A DNA stretch of 64,000 bases. It comes from Rhodospirillales bacterium (lineage in GTDB: Bacteria > Pseudomonadota > Alphaproteobacteria > Rhodospirillales > UBA2165). The notes under the pieces are model-generated. The model did not search any database. It saw nothing but the letters and a program-made list of their open reading frames with translations, and was not told where the DNA came from. Within the stretch, counting starts at the first letter, position 1; each line of letters starts with the position of its first letter. The DNA lies in assembly GCA_022823235.1 (NCBI GenBank), contig JAJDXO010000059.1:45393-109392 (forward strand), given 5' to 3'. Shown here in pieces: positions 8,759 to 18,772 of the stretch. Both the position numbers and the translations under genes were made by a program.

Positions 8759-10408
8759 ATGATCGACTTCAGAACCCAACCGGACCAGTACAAGCACTGG
8801 AAGCTCAGCTTCGACGGCCCCGTCGCGACGCTCACCATGGATGTGGACGAGAACGGCGGCCTGATGGACGGCTACGAACTCAAGCTCAATTCCTACGACC
8901 TCGGCGTCGATATCGAGCTCTACGACATTACCCAGCGGCTGCGCTTCGAGCACCCGGAAGTCGGCTGCGTCATGATGACGTCCGGCAAGGACCGGGTGTT
9001 CTGCGCCGGGGCCAACATCAAGATGCTCGGCACCTCGTCCCACGCCTGGAAGGTCAACTTCTGCAAGTTCACCAACGAAACCCGGAACGGGATCGAAGAC
9101 GCCTCCGAAATCTCCGATCAGAAATATCTCTGCGTGATCAACGGCGTCGCCGCCGGCGGCGGCTACGAACTCGCCCTCGCCGCCGACCACATCATGCTGG
9201 TCGATGACGGCGCGTCGTCGGTGTCCCTCCCCGAAGTGCCGCTGTTGGCGGTGCTGCCCGGCACCGGCGGGCTGACCCGCGTTGTCGACAAGCGCCACGT
9301 GCGCCGCGACCATGCGGACTATTTCTGCACCCTCGCCGAGGGCATCAGGGGCAAGCGCGCCGTCGACTGGAAACTGGTCGACGAGGTGGTGCCGCGCTCC
9401 AAGCTAGAGGAAACCGCCGCCGCGCGGGCCCGGGAACTGGCCGCCGCCACCAACCGGCCCGAGGACGCCCGCGGCATTGAACTGACGCCGCTGGACATCG
9501 ATTTCTCCGGCGACGCCGTCAAATACGGCACCCTCGATGTGGAGATCGACCGGGACAGTTATGTCGCGACCGTCACGCTGAAGGCCCCCGACGAAGCGCC
9601 CTCTTCCGACCTTGCCGCCATTCACGACCAGGGCGCGGCGTACTGGCCGCTGGCCTTCGCCCGCGATCTCGACAATTTCATCATCCACATGCGGACCAAC
9701 GAGCCCGAGATTTCCACCTGGGTGTTCAAGTCCGTCGGCGACGGCGCCAACGTAGCGGCCGCCGACCGGGCCCTGATGGACAACGCCGGCGACTGGCTGG
9801 TCCGCGAGATCATCCATTACCTGAAACGCACCCTGAAGCGGCTCGACGTCTCGTCCCGCAGCGTCATCACGCTGGTCGAGCCGGGCAGCGCGTTTTCCGG
9901 CACCTTCTTCGAGTTCGTCCTCGCCGCCGACCGCTCCTACATGCTGGACGGCAACCTCGAGGGCTCGAACCTGCCGCCCGCCACCATACGGCTGACGGGC
10001 ATGAATTTCGGCCATCTCCCCATGTGCAACGGCCTGTCGCGCATGGAGACCCGGTTCCTCGACGAGCGTTCCCGCGTCGAGGACGCCAAGGCCGAGATCG
10101 GCAGCGATCTGGATGCCGAGGCCGCCGAAGAGTTGGGCCTCGTCACCTTCATCCCGGACGATATCGACTGGGACGACGAAGTGCGCATCGCCATCGAGGA
10201 GCGCGCCAGCTTCTCCACCGATGCGCTGACCGGCATGGAAGCCAGCCTTCGCTTTGCCGGTCCCGAAACCCTGGAGACCAAGATATTCGGCCGGCTCAGT
10301 GCGTGGCAGAACTGGATTTTCCAGCGGCCCAATGCGGTCGGCGACGAAGGCGCGTTGAAGCTCTACGGCACGGGGCAGCAGGCCAATTTCAACAAGGAAC
10401 GGGTATAG
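8759..10408 (+). CDS. boxC: Benzoyl-CoA-dihydrodiol lyase / 2,3-epoxybenzoyl-CoA dihydrolase
   Basis: 549 aa, a double crotonase-like protein with N-terminus MIDFRTQPDQYKHWKLSFDGPVATLTMDVDENGGL. It lies immediately upstream of boxB. Size and context fit BoxC. Confidence 0.8.
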   Translation: MIDFRTQPDQYKHWKLSFDGPVATLTMDVDENGGLMDGYELKLNSYDLGVDIELYDITQRLRFEHPEVGCVMMTSGKDRVFCAGANIKMLGTSSHAWKVNFCKFTNETRNGIEDASEISDQKYLCVINGVAAGGGYELALAADHIMLVDDGASSVSLPEVPLLAVLPGTGGLTRVVDKRHVRRDHADYFCTLAEGIRGKRAVDWKLVDEVVPRSKLEETAAARARELAAATNRPEDARGIELTPLDIDFSGDAVKYGTLDVEIDRDSYVATVTLKAPDEAPSSDLAAIHDQGAAYWPLAFARDLDNFIIHMRTNEPEISTWVFKSVGDGANVAAADRALMDNAGDWLVREIIHYLKRTLKRLDVSSRSVITLVEPGSAFSGTFFEFVLAADRSYMLDGNLEGSNLPPATIRLTGMNFGHLPMCNGLSRMETRFLDERSRVEDAKAEIGSDLDAEAAEELGLVTFIPDDIDWDDEVRIAIEERASFSTDALTGMEASLRFAGPETLETKIFGRLSAWQNWIFQRPNAVGDEGALKLYGTGQQANFNKERV

Positions 10409-10412
10409 AACC

Positions 10413-11831
<1,419 letters not shown>

Positions 11832-11890
11832 GAGTGGATGGCCGCGGTCCTCATCATAGAATCACGGGCCGGGTAAACCCGGCCCGGGGC

Positions 11891-11941
11891 CGAGGCATCC
11901 ACGGCCAGCCGATCGAGTTCGAGTACGTGCGGCTTCACTAA
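11891..11941 (+). pseudogene. Relic second copy of the last 16 codons plus stop of boxB (RGIHGQPIEFEYVRLH*)
   Basis: 51 nt matching 11781-11831 at 45/51 positions. All 6 differences are synonymous third-position changes (including TAG to TAA). The copy is 110 nt downstream of the first and out of frame with boxB. Confidence 0.6.
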
Positions 11942-11952
11942 ATCCAACGCCG

Positions 11953-12024
11953 TCATGCCCCGCCTTCGCGCGGGGCATCCAGGCCTTCATTTCTGGATCA
12001 CCCGGGCATAGCCGGGTGATGACG
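11953..12024. repeat. REP-like double-hairpin intergenic element (family copy 1)
   Basis: Hairpin ATGCCCCGC/GCGGGGCAT (11955-11978) followed by TGG-ATCACCCGG-N6-CCGGGTGAT-GACG (11997-12024). The same architecture recurs at 38866-38948. Confidence 0.5.
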
Positions 12025-12041
12025 ATGGAAGGAAGCCAACG

Positions 12042-12074
12042 AAAAGCCCCGGTTTCAACCCGGGGCTTTTCTTT
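12042..12074. terminator. Bidirectional intrinsic terminator between boxB (+) and the NUDIX gene (-)
   Basis: 11-bp perfect stem AAAAGCCCCGG / CCGGGGCTTTT with a 7-nt loop. The A-run and T-run flanks give a U-tract in both orientations. Confidence 0.6.
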
Positions 12075-12077
12075 CGC

Positions 12078-12512
12078 CTAACGGCCGCGCGTGATCTGCT
12101 TTTCGGCGAAGTCGCGGATCAGCTTGCCGAGGTCCTTTTGATCGACGGCACGCTCGGCTTCTTCGGGACGGTACCAGGCCCGGTCACGCTGTTTCGATTC
12201 GGGAAAGACATCGGCTTCATGGACGACTTCCATGGGATAGACCCGGACGCGGCAGATATCGCCGCCCTTGTCATCGCGCTTGGTATAGACGTAGGAGCCG
12301 ATGGACCGGCGCCCGATGGCGCCCGTGAGCCCGGCCTCCTCGAAGGCTTCGAATCGCGCCGTCTCGCGGGGCGTCAACCCCGGTTCGATGTGCCCCTTGG
12401 GCACGATCCAGCGCCGCGAGGTGCGCGACGTGATCAGCATGCATTCCACGGCGCCGTCGACGACCCGATACGGCAGGACGCCCACCTGCCGGACCAACGA
12501 CAGATTGATCAT
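12078..12512 (-). CDS. NUDIX hydrolase
   Basis: Nudix box region PKGHIEPGLTPRETARFEAFEEAGLTG. Start set to ATG 12512, which has GGAGGG 7 nt upstream. Confidence 0.8.
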   Translation of the reverse strand: MINLSLVRQVGVLPYRVVDGAVECMLITSRTSRRWIVPKGHIEPGLTPRETARFEAFEEAGLTGAIGRRSIGSYVYTKRDDKGGDICRVRVYPMEVVHEADVFPESKQRDRAWYRPEEAERAVDQKDLGKLIRDFAEKQITRGR

Positions 12513-12701
12513 CGCGCGGCCCTCCGGTTTCGGCGAGCGCACCGCCCGGAACCCAATTCCAGCGCCGCATACACGGTTTGTACGGACATCATCCGATCCC
12601 TCCCAGGCAAGCCATTTTCCGGCGGCCGCGGCCCGTTTGGACCCTGCGCGCGGCCGGTGATGACTACCAAGTATCCATCAGGTCATTAAAATGACATTAA
12701 A

Positions 12702-12719
12702 CTGTAACATTTCTGTTGA
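12702..12719 (+). promoter_or_regulatory. Pho-box-like direct repeat CTGTAAC-ATTT-CTGTTGA upstream of the PiT transporter
   Basis: 7-4-7 arrangement resembling the CTGTCAT-N4-CTGTCAT PhoB site, about 70 nt upstream of ATG 12789. The adjacent near-palindrome GTCATTAAAATGAC is at 12682-12695. Confidence 0.3.
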
Positions 12720-12788
12720 CCTCTGCGCCAATGCGGGCCAAACCCAGGTTATCGGAGCCTGGGTCCGATTGTCAGCAAAGGGACACGT

Positions 12789-14318
12789 ATGAGCCTGTCG
12801 CCCGATCCCCCCGACCCTGGTTCCGGACTCACCAAAAAGACCACCATCGACAAAGATCTCAAGCGTATCGTTCAGCTCGAGAAGGCGACGAGCCGCATAT
12901 CCCAGCGAAACCTGAATCTGGGCTTCGGGCTCCTGTTCCTGCTCGGCGTTTGGCTGTTCACCTTCTTCCAGGCCGGCAGCGGCGCCAATATCACCATCAT
13001 CTCCATCGCCGCCATCATCGGCGGCTACATGGCCATGAATATCGGGGCCAACGACGTCGCCAACAATGTGGGACCGGCGGTGGGCTCCAAGGCCCTCACC
13101 CTTCTCGGCGCCCTCGCCATCGCCGCCGTATTCGAAGCGGCGGGCGCGTTGATCGCCGGCGGCGAAGTGGTCACCACCATCTCCAAGAACATCATCAATA
13201 CCGAGGCGATCGCCGATCGTTCCGTATTCGTCTGGGCGATGATGTCCGCCCTCCTCTCCGCCGCCGTGTGGGTCAACCTCGCCACTTATGTGGGAGCGCC
13301 CGTCTCGACGACGCACTCCATCGTCGGCGGTGTCATGGGCGCCGGGATCGCGGCCGCCGGGATGGCCTCGGTGAACTGGGTGATCATGGCGCAGATCGCC
13401 GCCAGTTGGGTCATCTCGCCGGTGCTCGGCGGCGTGATCGCCGCCATATTCCTGGGCTTCGTCAAATTCGCGGTGCTTTACCGCGAGGACAAGATATCCG
13501 CCGCCAAACGATGGGTGCCGGTGCTGGTCGCCATCATGGCCTGCGCATTTTCGGTGTATCTGGTCATGAAGGGCCTGAAGCGGATCTGGAAGCCGGAGGC
13601 CGAAATCGTCGCGGCCATCGGCGCAATTGCCTTCATCGGAACCTATCTCATGGTCAAGGCGCGCGTCGCCCGGGCCGCCGTCCATCTGGAAAACCGCCGG
13701 AAATCGGTCGGCGATTTGTTCACGGTCCCGCTGATTTGCGCCGCCGCGCTGCTGTCCTTCGCCCATGGTTCCAACGACGTCGCCAATGCGGTCGGCCCTC
13801 TGGCGGCGATCGTCAGCGCGGTGGGCGGCGGCGAGGTCGGCGCCAAAGTGACGCTGCCGCTCTGGGTCCTGGCCATCGGCGCGGTGGGGATTTCAATCGG
13901 CCTGCTGCTGTTCGGTCCGAAGATTATCGAAATCGTCGGCGAGAAAATCACCAAGCTGGACCGGGTGCGGGCGTTCTGCGTCGCCCTGTCGGCGGCCATC
14001 ACCGTGATTGTCGCCTCGACCCTGGGACTTCCGGTGAGCTCCACGCACATCGCCGTCGGCGCGGTGTTCGGCGTCGGCTTCCTGCGCGAGTTCATCACCA
14101 ACCGGCGGGTCAATATTCCGCAGCCGCGCGCCGTGGGGGCCGCGCCGGTGCTCGACCCCAACTACAGCGGCTCCCATCGTTCCTGGACCAAGGCGCGCCA
14201 GCGGAAGCTCGTCCGCCGCCGCCACCTCATGACCATCATCGCCGCGTGGCTGATCACCGTCCCGTCGTCCGCCTTACTGGCCGCCGTGATCTTCTGGTTG
14301 ATTTCCGCCGTGGTCTAA
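12789..14318 (+). CDS. pit: Inorganic phosphate transporter, PiT (PHO4) family
   Basis: 509 aa, polytopic, with duplicated signature GANDVANNVGP / GSNDVANAVGP. Confidence 0.9.
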   Translation: MSLSPDPPDPGSGLTKKTTIDKDLKRIVQLEKATSRISQRNLNLGFGLLFLLGVWLFTFFQAGSGANITIISIAAIIGGYMAMNIGANDVANNVGPAVGSKALTLLGALAIAAVFEAAGALIAGGEVVTTISKNIINTEAIADRSVFVWAMMSALLSAAVWVNLATYVGAPVSTTHSIVGGVMGAGIAAAGMASVNWVIMAQIAASWVISPVLGGVIAAIFLGFVKFAVLYREDKISAAKRWVPVLVAIMACAFSVYLVMKGLKRIWKPEAEIVAAIGAIAFIGTYLMVKARVARAAVHLENRRKSVGDLFTVPLICAAALLSFAHGSNDVANAVGPLAAIVSAVGGGEVGAKVTLPLWVLAIGAVGISIGLLLFGPKIIEIVGEKITKLDRVRAFCVALSAAITVIVASTLGLPVSSTHIAVGAVFGVGFLREFITNRRVNIPQPRAVGAAPVLDPNYSGSHRSWTKARQRKLVRRRHLMTIIAAWLITVPSSALLAAVIFWLISAVV

Positions 14319-14412
14319 CCGCCATGCCGCCGGCCGGAGGTTTTACGGCAATCAACCTGGCCACGGTGGTCCGGTATGGTGTAGGACCCCCCATACCGCT
14401 GAGATCAGACCC

Positions 14413-14946
14413 ATGTCCCTTCGATCCTCCCCCGCCCGGTACGGTTCCCTCGCCCAAGGCCTGCACTGGCTGACCGCGCTGCTGATCGTCTGTTTGTTCG
14501 TCGCCGGCAATATCATGGACGACTTGGCGGCCGGCCAGAAGCTGACCGTCTACCGGGCCCATGCCGTCGGCGGCATCACAGTGCTGGTGCTGACCCTCAT
14601 CCGGCTGATCTGGCGGTTCATCGACCGGGACCGCCCGGAACTGCCGGCCGACATGTCCGGGCCCATGCGCTTCGCCGCGCGGGGCGCGCACTGGCTGATT
14701 TATCTGTTGATGCTGGCCATCACCGGCTCGGGGATAGCCACGCTGATCATGAGCGGCCTCGGCGAGATCCTGTTCATGGGCGCCGGCCGGCCGATCCCCG
14801 ACCGCATCGACGTGCCGCCCATGGACGCCCACGAACTGTTCGCGACGCTCCTGATGTGGCTCCTGTTCCTGCACGTCGCCGCCGCCCTCTACCATCACTA
14901 CTTCCGCAAGGACGGCGTGCTGCGCCGGATGATGCCCGGACGCTAG
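14413..14946 (+). CDS. Cytochrome b561 family protein
   Basis: 177 aa with 4 TM segments, conserved His residues (GLHWLTALL, AHAVGG, GAHWLIY, LHVAAALYHH) and the C-terminal RKDGVLRRM motif. Confidence 0.8.
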   Translation: MSLRSSPARYGSLAQGLHWLTALLIVCLFVAGNIMDDLAAGQKLTVYRAHAVGGITVLVLTLIRLIWRFIDRDRPELPADMSGPMRFAARGAHWLIYLLMLAITGSGIATLIMSGLGEILFMGAGRPIPDRIDVPPMDAHELFATLLMWLLFLHVAAALYHHYFRKDGVLRRMMPGR

Positions 14947-15256
14947 GAACCCGTCCCCTCTGGACTCCGAAACCCGGTCGGGGGTAGGATTTTACCTGCG
15001 GCTGCATTGGCCTGCATGTACCAAGGAGGGTAGGTAACTCTATGAATGAGACCGGCTCCTGTACCGCCCCCGGACGACGGGGGCACCGGTAAAGCAGGCG
15101 GCGGACATCCGCCGGACACCGATACAATTGAATATCTAGCTGATCGACGCGCCGTCGTGCCGTCGACATAGAGTTTCCGGCTTATCCGCTGGAACCGAGC
15201 GAAATGCGAAACATAGCGCCCCGCCGGGACCCCCCGGCGGGGTTCGCGCGTTACGC

Positions 15257-15916
15257 CTACTCCGCCGCTTGGGCTTTTTCCCCCACCCCGTTGGCCCGAA
15301 GCGCCGCAAGGGTATCCTCGGCCGACAAGGTAAACCCGAGCGCCGTCGAGATGCAGAGAAGCGCGGCTTCGTGCTGGGCCTCGCCATCCATGGAGCCGAC
15401 GCAATCGGTCACCACGATCGGCAGGAAGTCGAGTGTATTGGCGGCGGCCGCCGTGCACAGCACGCACGAATTGGTGTTCACCCCGGTGAGCAGCAGCGTG
15501 TTTATGTCACGCGACCGCAACGCGAATTCCAGGTCCGTCGCGAAAAAGCAATCCTTCCGCTTCTTGGTATCGATGACCAGATCGCCGTCCGCGTAGAGTC
15601 CGGGCATGATCTCCGTGCCGGGCATGCCCTGAAGGTTGTGGCGGAACTGGTTTGCGCGAGTGTCGCCCGCCCGATCGGCCTTGGTGCGCCAAAAGGGATT
15701 ACCCGCCGTTTCGGATGGATCCCGGTATTGGGACACCACATGAATGATGGGAATGCCGAGATCGCGGCAGGCATGATTGAAAGCTTCGTTTGATTTGGTC
15801 ACCGCGTCGGCGACTTCGGGCGGCGCCGGCAGGGTCGCCACCTCCATATCCATGTGCCCGCGATGGAGATCGATGGCGACCACGGCGGGCCGCACGTTTT
15901 CAAGACCGAGATTCAT
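15257..15916 (-). CDS. Isochorismatase-family cysteine hydrolase
   Basis: 219 aa with AVVAIDLHRGH and LLLTGVNTNSCVLCTA (catalytic Cys context). Confidence 0.8.
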   Translation of the reverse strand: MNLGLENVRPAVVAIDLHRGHMDMEVATLPAPPEVADAVTKSNEAFNHACRDLGIPIIHVVSQYRDPSETAGNPFWRTKADRAGDTRANQFRHNLQGMPGTEIMPGLYADGDLVIDTKKRKDCFFATDLEFALRSRDINTLLLTGVNTNSCVLCTAAAANTLDFLPIVVTDCVGSMDGEAQHEAALLCISTALGFTLSAEDTLAALRANGVGEKAQAAE

Positions 15917-16023
15917 GGTTCGCCTCCTCTCCTATTTTAACCGGGCTTCGATGTGTTGGGGATATCTTTGATCACCGGGGCCGGAAATAATCCCGGCCTT
16001 GACTCTTCGGAGCCGAATGAGAT

Positions 16024-16043
16024 ATCGTAAGAACTCTTACGAT
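16024..16043. promoter_or_regulatory. Perfect palindrome ATCGTAAGA-AC-TCTTACGAT in a divergent promoter region
   Basis: 9-bp arms with a 2-nt spacer, 33 nt upstream of the TauD-like start. A TCGTAA half-site is repeated again at 16054-16059. Confidence 0.25.
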
Positions 16044-16075
16044 CTTTTGGTATTCGTAATCGATGGGAGAGTGCC

Positions 16076-17155
16076 ATGCCCGACGAAGCCGCGGGAATGA
16101 CCGGCCGCACCCGAGGCAGGGTGGTCGCCGGAGAACCGGTCGCCGATATGGCGGCCTGGACCGGCAAGGAGTTCGAAGAGAGCACGGCGTGGCGTTACGC
16201 CGCGACCGGCGGAGAGCTGGATCATCTGGCGGCCATGGCGCGGCGGGTTGCGGCGGGTCTTGACGGCGATCCCAACAAGCTTCTCACCATGCGCGCCGAG
16301 GCCTTCGACCTCGGGCCCTTCGGCGACCGGGTGAGAGACGAGATTCTGCCCCAGGTCCGGGACGGCCTCGGCGTCGCGCTCTATCGCGGCCTGCCGATGG
16401 ACGATTTGACCCTGCTCGAAGCGGCCGTGATCTATTGGGGAATGGGCCAGCATCTCGGCGTCGCGCAGTCCAACAATCCTGAAGGCGACATGATCGGACA
16501 CGTTCTCGATACCGGGAAGGATTACAACGACCCCAAGCACCGGGGCTATCAGACCCGTGCGACCATGGATTATCACTGCGACCAGACGGATTTGGTCTGC
16601 CTGCTGTGCATCAACGAAGCAAAATCGGGCGGGCTTTCGAAACTCACCAGCAGCTATGCCGCCTACAACGAGTTGCTGAGACGCCGGCCCGATCTCGTGG
16701 AGGTCATGCGGCAACCCTATTGCTGGACCAAACACGCCGAGACCAATTCCGGCGAGGACCCCTACTACGAGAGCCCGGTGTTCAACTTCACCGACGGCAT
16801 GCTGTCGATCTCGTTCGGTCCCCAGCACATCATGAAGGGTCACGCCCTGGATGAAGCGCCGGATATCACGCCGGTGCAACTCGAAGGCATTCAGGTGATG
16901 GAAGGAATCGCCGAGGAGATCCACGGCGAAATGGAACTCAAGCGCGGCGACATCCAGTTCGTCAACAACTACACCATCCTGCATACCCGAACGGCATTCG
17001 AGGATTGGCCCGAACCGGAGCGCAAGCGGACCCTGTGGCGGCTATGGCTCAACCTCGACGATTTCCTGCCCCGCACCCCCTATTCCAGGCAATGGGCCCA
17101 GGGGGTCAGCATCGACGGCGCCGGGCAGCGGCTGGAACTGGTTTATCCCGGCTAA
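16076..17155 (+). CDS. TauD/TfdA-family Fe(II)/2-oxoglutarate-dependent dioxygenase
   Basis: 359 aa with the HxD facial-triad context MDYHCDQTD and the distal FVNNYTILHTRTAFED segment. Confidence 0.75.
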   Translation: MPDEAAGMTGRTRGRVVAGEPVADMAAWTGKEFEESTAWRYAATGGELDHLAAMARRVAAGLDGDPNKLLTMRAEAFDLGPFGDRVRDEILPQVRDGLGVALYRGLPMDDLTLLEAAVIYWGMGQHLGVAQSNNPEGDMIGHVLDTGKDYNDPKHRGYQTRATMDYHCDQTDLVCLLCINEAKSGGLSKLTSSYAAYNELLRRRPDLVEVMRQPYCWTKHAETNSGEDPYYESPVFNFTDGMLSISFGPQHIMKGHALDEAPDITPVQLEGIQVMEGIAEEIHGEMELKRGDIQFVNNYTILHTRTAFEDWPEPERKRTLWRLWLNLDDFLPRTPYSRQWAQGVSIDGAGQRLELVYPG

Positions 17156-17175
17156 GGCTAGGCGGAGGCCGGAAC

Positions 17176-17466
17176 CTAGACCCCTTCGACGATAATCAGG
17201 CTCCCATCCGCGGCCTTTTGGCGCATCTCCATGACCGGCCTGACCTCATCGGAGCCGTACCAGCGCCTGATCGTCTCCATGTCGTCAAACTCCAGGATGG
17301 TGACCATCACGCCCGGCCACTCGCCTTCGACAACCTCGAATGCGCCGGCGGCGGCTTTCCTGCGCCCGCCATGGGCCGGGATGGTCGGGGCGATCGCCTT
17401 CCTGTATTCGGCGAACAACTCCGGGTCTTTCAGTTCGTGCATCGTATAAACGACATATGCTGCCAT
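17176..17466 (-). CDS. DUF1330 domain protein
   Basis: 96 aa: MAAYVVYTMHELKDPELFAEYRKA...GGRRKAAAGAFEVVEGEW...ILEFDDMETIRRWYGSDEV, matching the DUF1330 pattern. Confidence 0.75.
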   Translation of the reverse strand: MAAYVVYTMHELKDPELFAEYRKAIAPTIPAHGGRRKAAAGAFEVVEGEWPGVMVTILEFDDMETIRRWYGSDEVRPVMEMRQKAADGSLIIVEGV

Positions 17467-17645
17467 CCGTACCTCCTTCGCTGGCGAAGAGACTGTAATG
17501 CAAGGACGACATGGGTGGAACGGCCGCCGGTTACCGCCCCGGCAATGCCCGGCCGCCGTTGGCGCGGATTGTATCTTCGCCTTTACGCGCCGGATTCGCC
17601 TGATTAGGCTTTTGTCCGGATTGTCTGGTGATTGGGAGGTGGTTG

Positions 17646-18767
17646 ATGCCCGACATGCCCTCCATGGAGTCCCTGCTCGGCGTCGAGACCGTCGATGACC
17701 TGCGGGGCCTGGCCCGCGACGACCTTCTCGACGCCCACGCCCGGGCGTGGGATTGGATCGCCGGCCCCGGCACGTGGCTTACCGGCGCCGAGCGCCTTGC
17801 CGTTGTGCGCGAAGTCCGGCAAGCAGCGGAATGCGATTTTTGCCGGGCCCGCAAAGATGCGCTTTCACCCCTCGCGGTCGAAGGAGAGCATGACCATCTC
17901 GGCGAGCTTGACGATGCCTGGGTCGAGGCGATCCACCGAGTTGCAACGGACTCGGGCCGCCTGTCGGCATCATGGGTGGACGGACTGATTGCCGACGGGT
18001 TGAGCGACGGAGCCTATATCGAAATCGTCGGCTTGACCGCAATGACCAAGATGATGGACGCCTTTGCCTGGGCCGCCGATGTTGAACCGCCGCCCCTGCC
18101 CCAACCCAGGGATGGTGCGGCAAGCGGTTACCGCCCGCCCGGTGCGAAGAAATCCGACGCCTGGGTTGCCGTCGTCAAGCTGGAGGATGTCAGTGAAACC
18201 GACGGACCGCTCTACGGCGCGACCGCCGGCGGCGTCCATCAGGCCCTGTCCCTGGTACCCGACAGCAAGCGAGCGTTCTGGGCGTTAGGCGAACCGCACT
18301 ACATCCCCATGGACGAAATCCGCAATACGGACACCCGGGTGCGCGCGATCAGCCGAGCCCAGATCGAGATTTTGGCAGGCAGGACCTCGGCGCTTCACCA
18401 GTGTATGTACTGAACGACCTCGCACGCGATGATGCTCCGTGCGAGCGTCCAGGACACCGGCGCTGAATTCGAACTGACATCTCTGTCCGGGGACGACGCC
18501 AAGGGCACGGTGCCGCACCAGAACCTGTTGCTCGACTTCGCCGAAACGGTGGTTCTCCGGGACCGGGACTCCGCAGCGGCGTTGCGGCCCAAACTGATCG
18601 AGGCACTGGGACCCGCGGGTTATCTCGACGCCTGCGCGGTTGTCGCCGGTTTCCACGGATTTACGCGCATCGCCGATGCATCCGGCGTACCTCTTGATGA
18701 ACGCTATCTCGGCGACGCAGAGGATGTGAAGGCGCAGACAGGGGTGCGGGAATACGACCCGCGTTAG
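17646..18767 (+). CDS. Two-domain AhpD/carboxymuconolactone-decarboxylase-family protein with in-frame TGA (18411-18413), candidate selenocysteine (C-M-Y-U motif)
   Basis: Track ORFs 17628-18413 and 18429-18767 share one frame, and only the TGA separates them. The junction reads ALHQCMY[TGA]TTSHAMML, which is the CxYCxxxH CMD signature. The downstream part looks like a normal CMD C-terminus. ATG 17646 has GGGAGG 6 nt upstream. Confidence 0.6.
18419..18445 (+). other. Candidate bacterial SECIS hairpin
   Basis: 8-bp perfect stem CTCGCACG / CGTGCGAG with an 11-nt G-containing loop, starting 5 nt after TGA 18411-18413. The loop starts about 16 nt from the UGA. Confidence 0.4.
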
Positions 18768-18772
18768 CCGAC

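Noticed and set aside
11832-12077. boxA (benzoyl-CoA oxygenase component A) downstream of boxB.
   Set aside because: The 246-bp gap holds only the boxB relic, a REP-like element and a terminator. No ferredoxin/FNR-type ORF occurs here or elsewhere in the window.
14947-15256. tRNA-Sec (selC) or any tRNA in the long convergent spacer and other gaps.
   Set aside because: No GGTTCGAATCC-like T-arm, no UCA anticodon loop in a cloverleaf context, and no acceptor-stem complementarity was found on either strand. No tRNA is called anywhere in the window.
17628-18767. The simple explanation that the two TGA-interrupted genes (here and at 39052-39699) are nonsense-mutated pseudogenes or pairs of small genes.
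   Set aside because: In both cases the TGA falls exactly on a catalytic Cys column of a CxxC-type motif. The downstream frame stays open and family-like to a normal C-terminus. A hairpin follows the TGA. Two independent cases occur in one window. Pseudogenisation is not excluded until Sec machinery is confirmed elsewhere in the genome.
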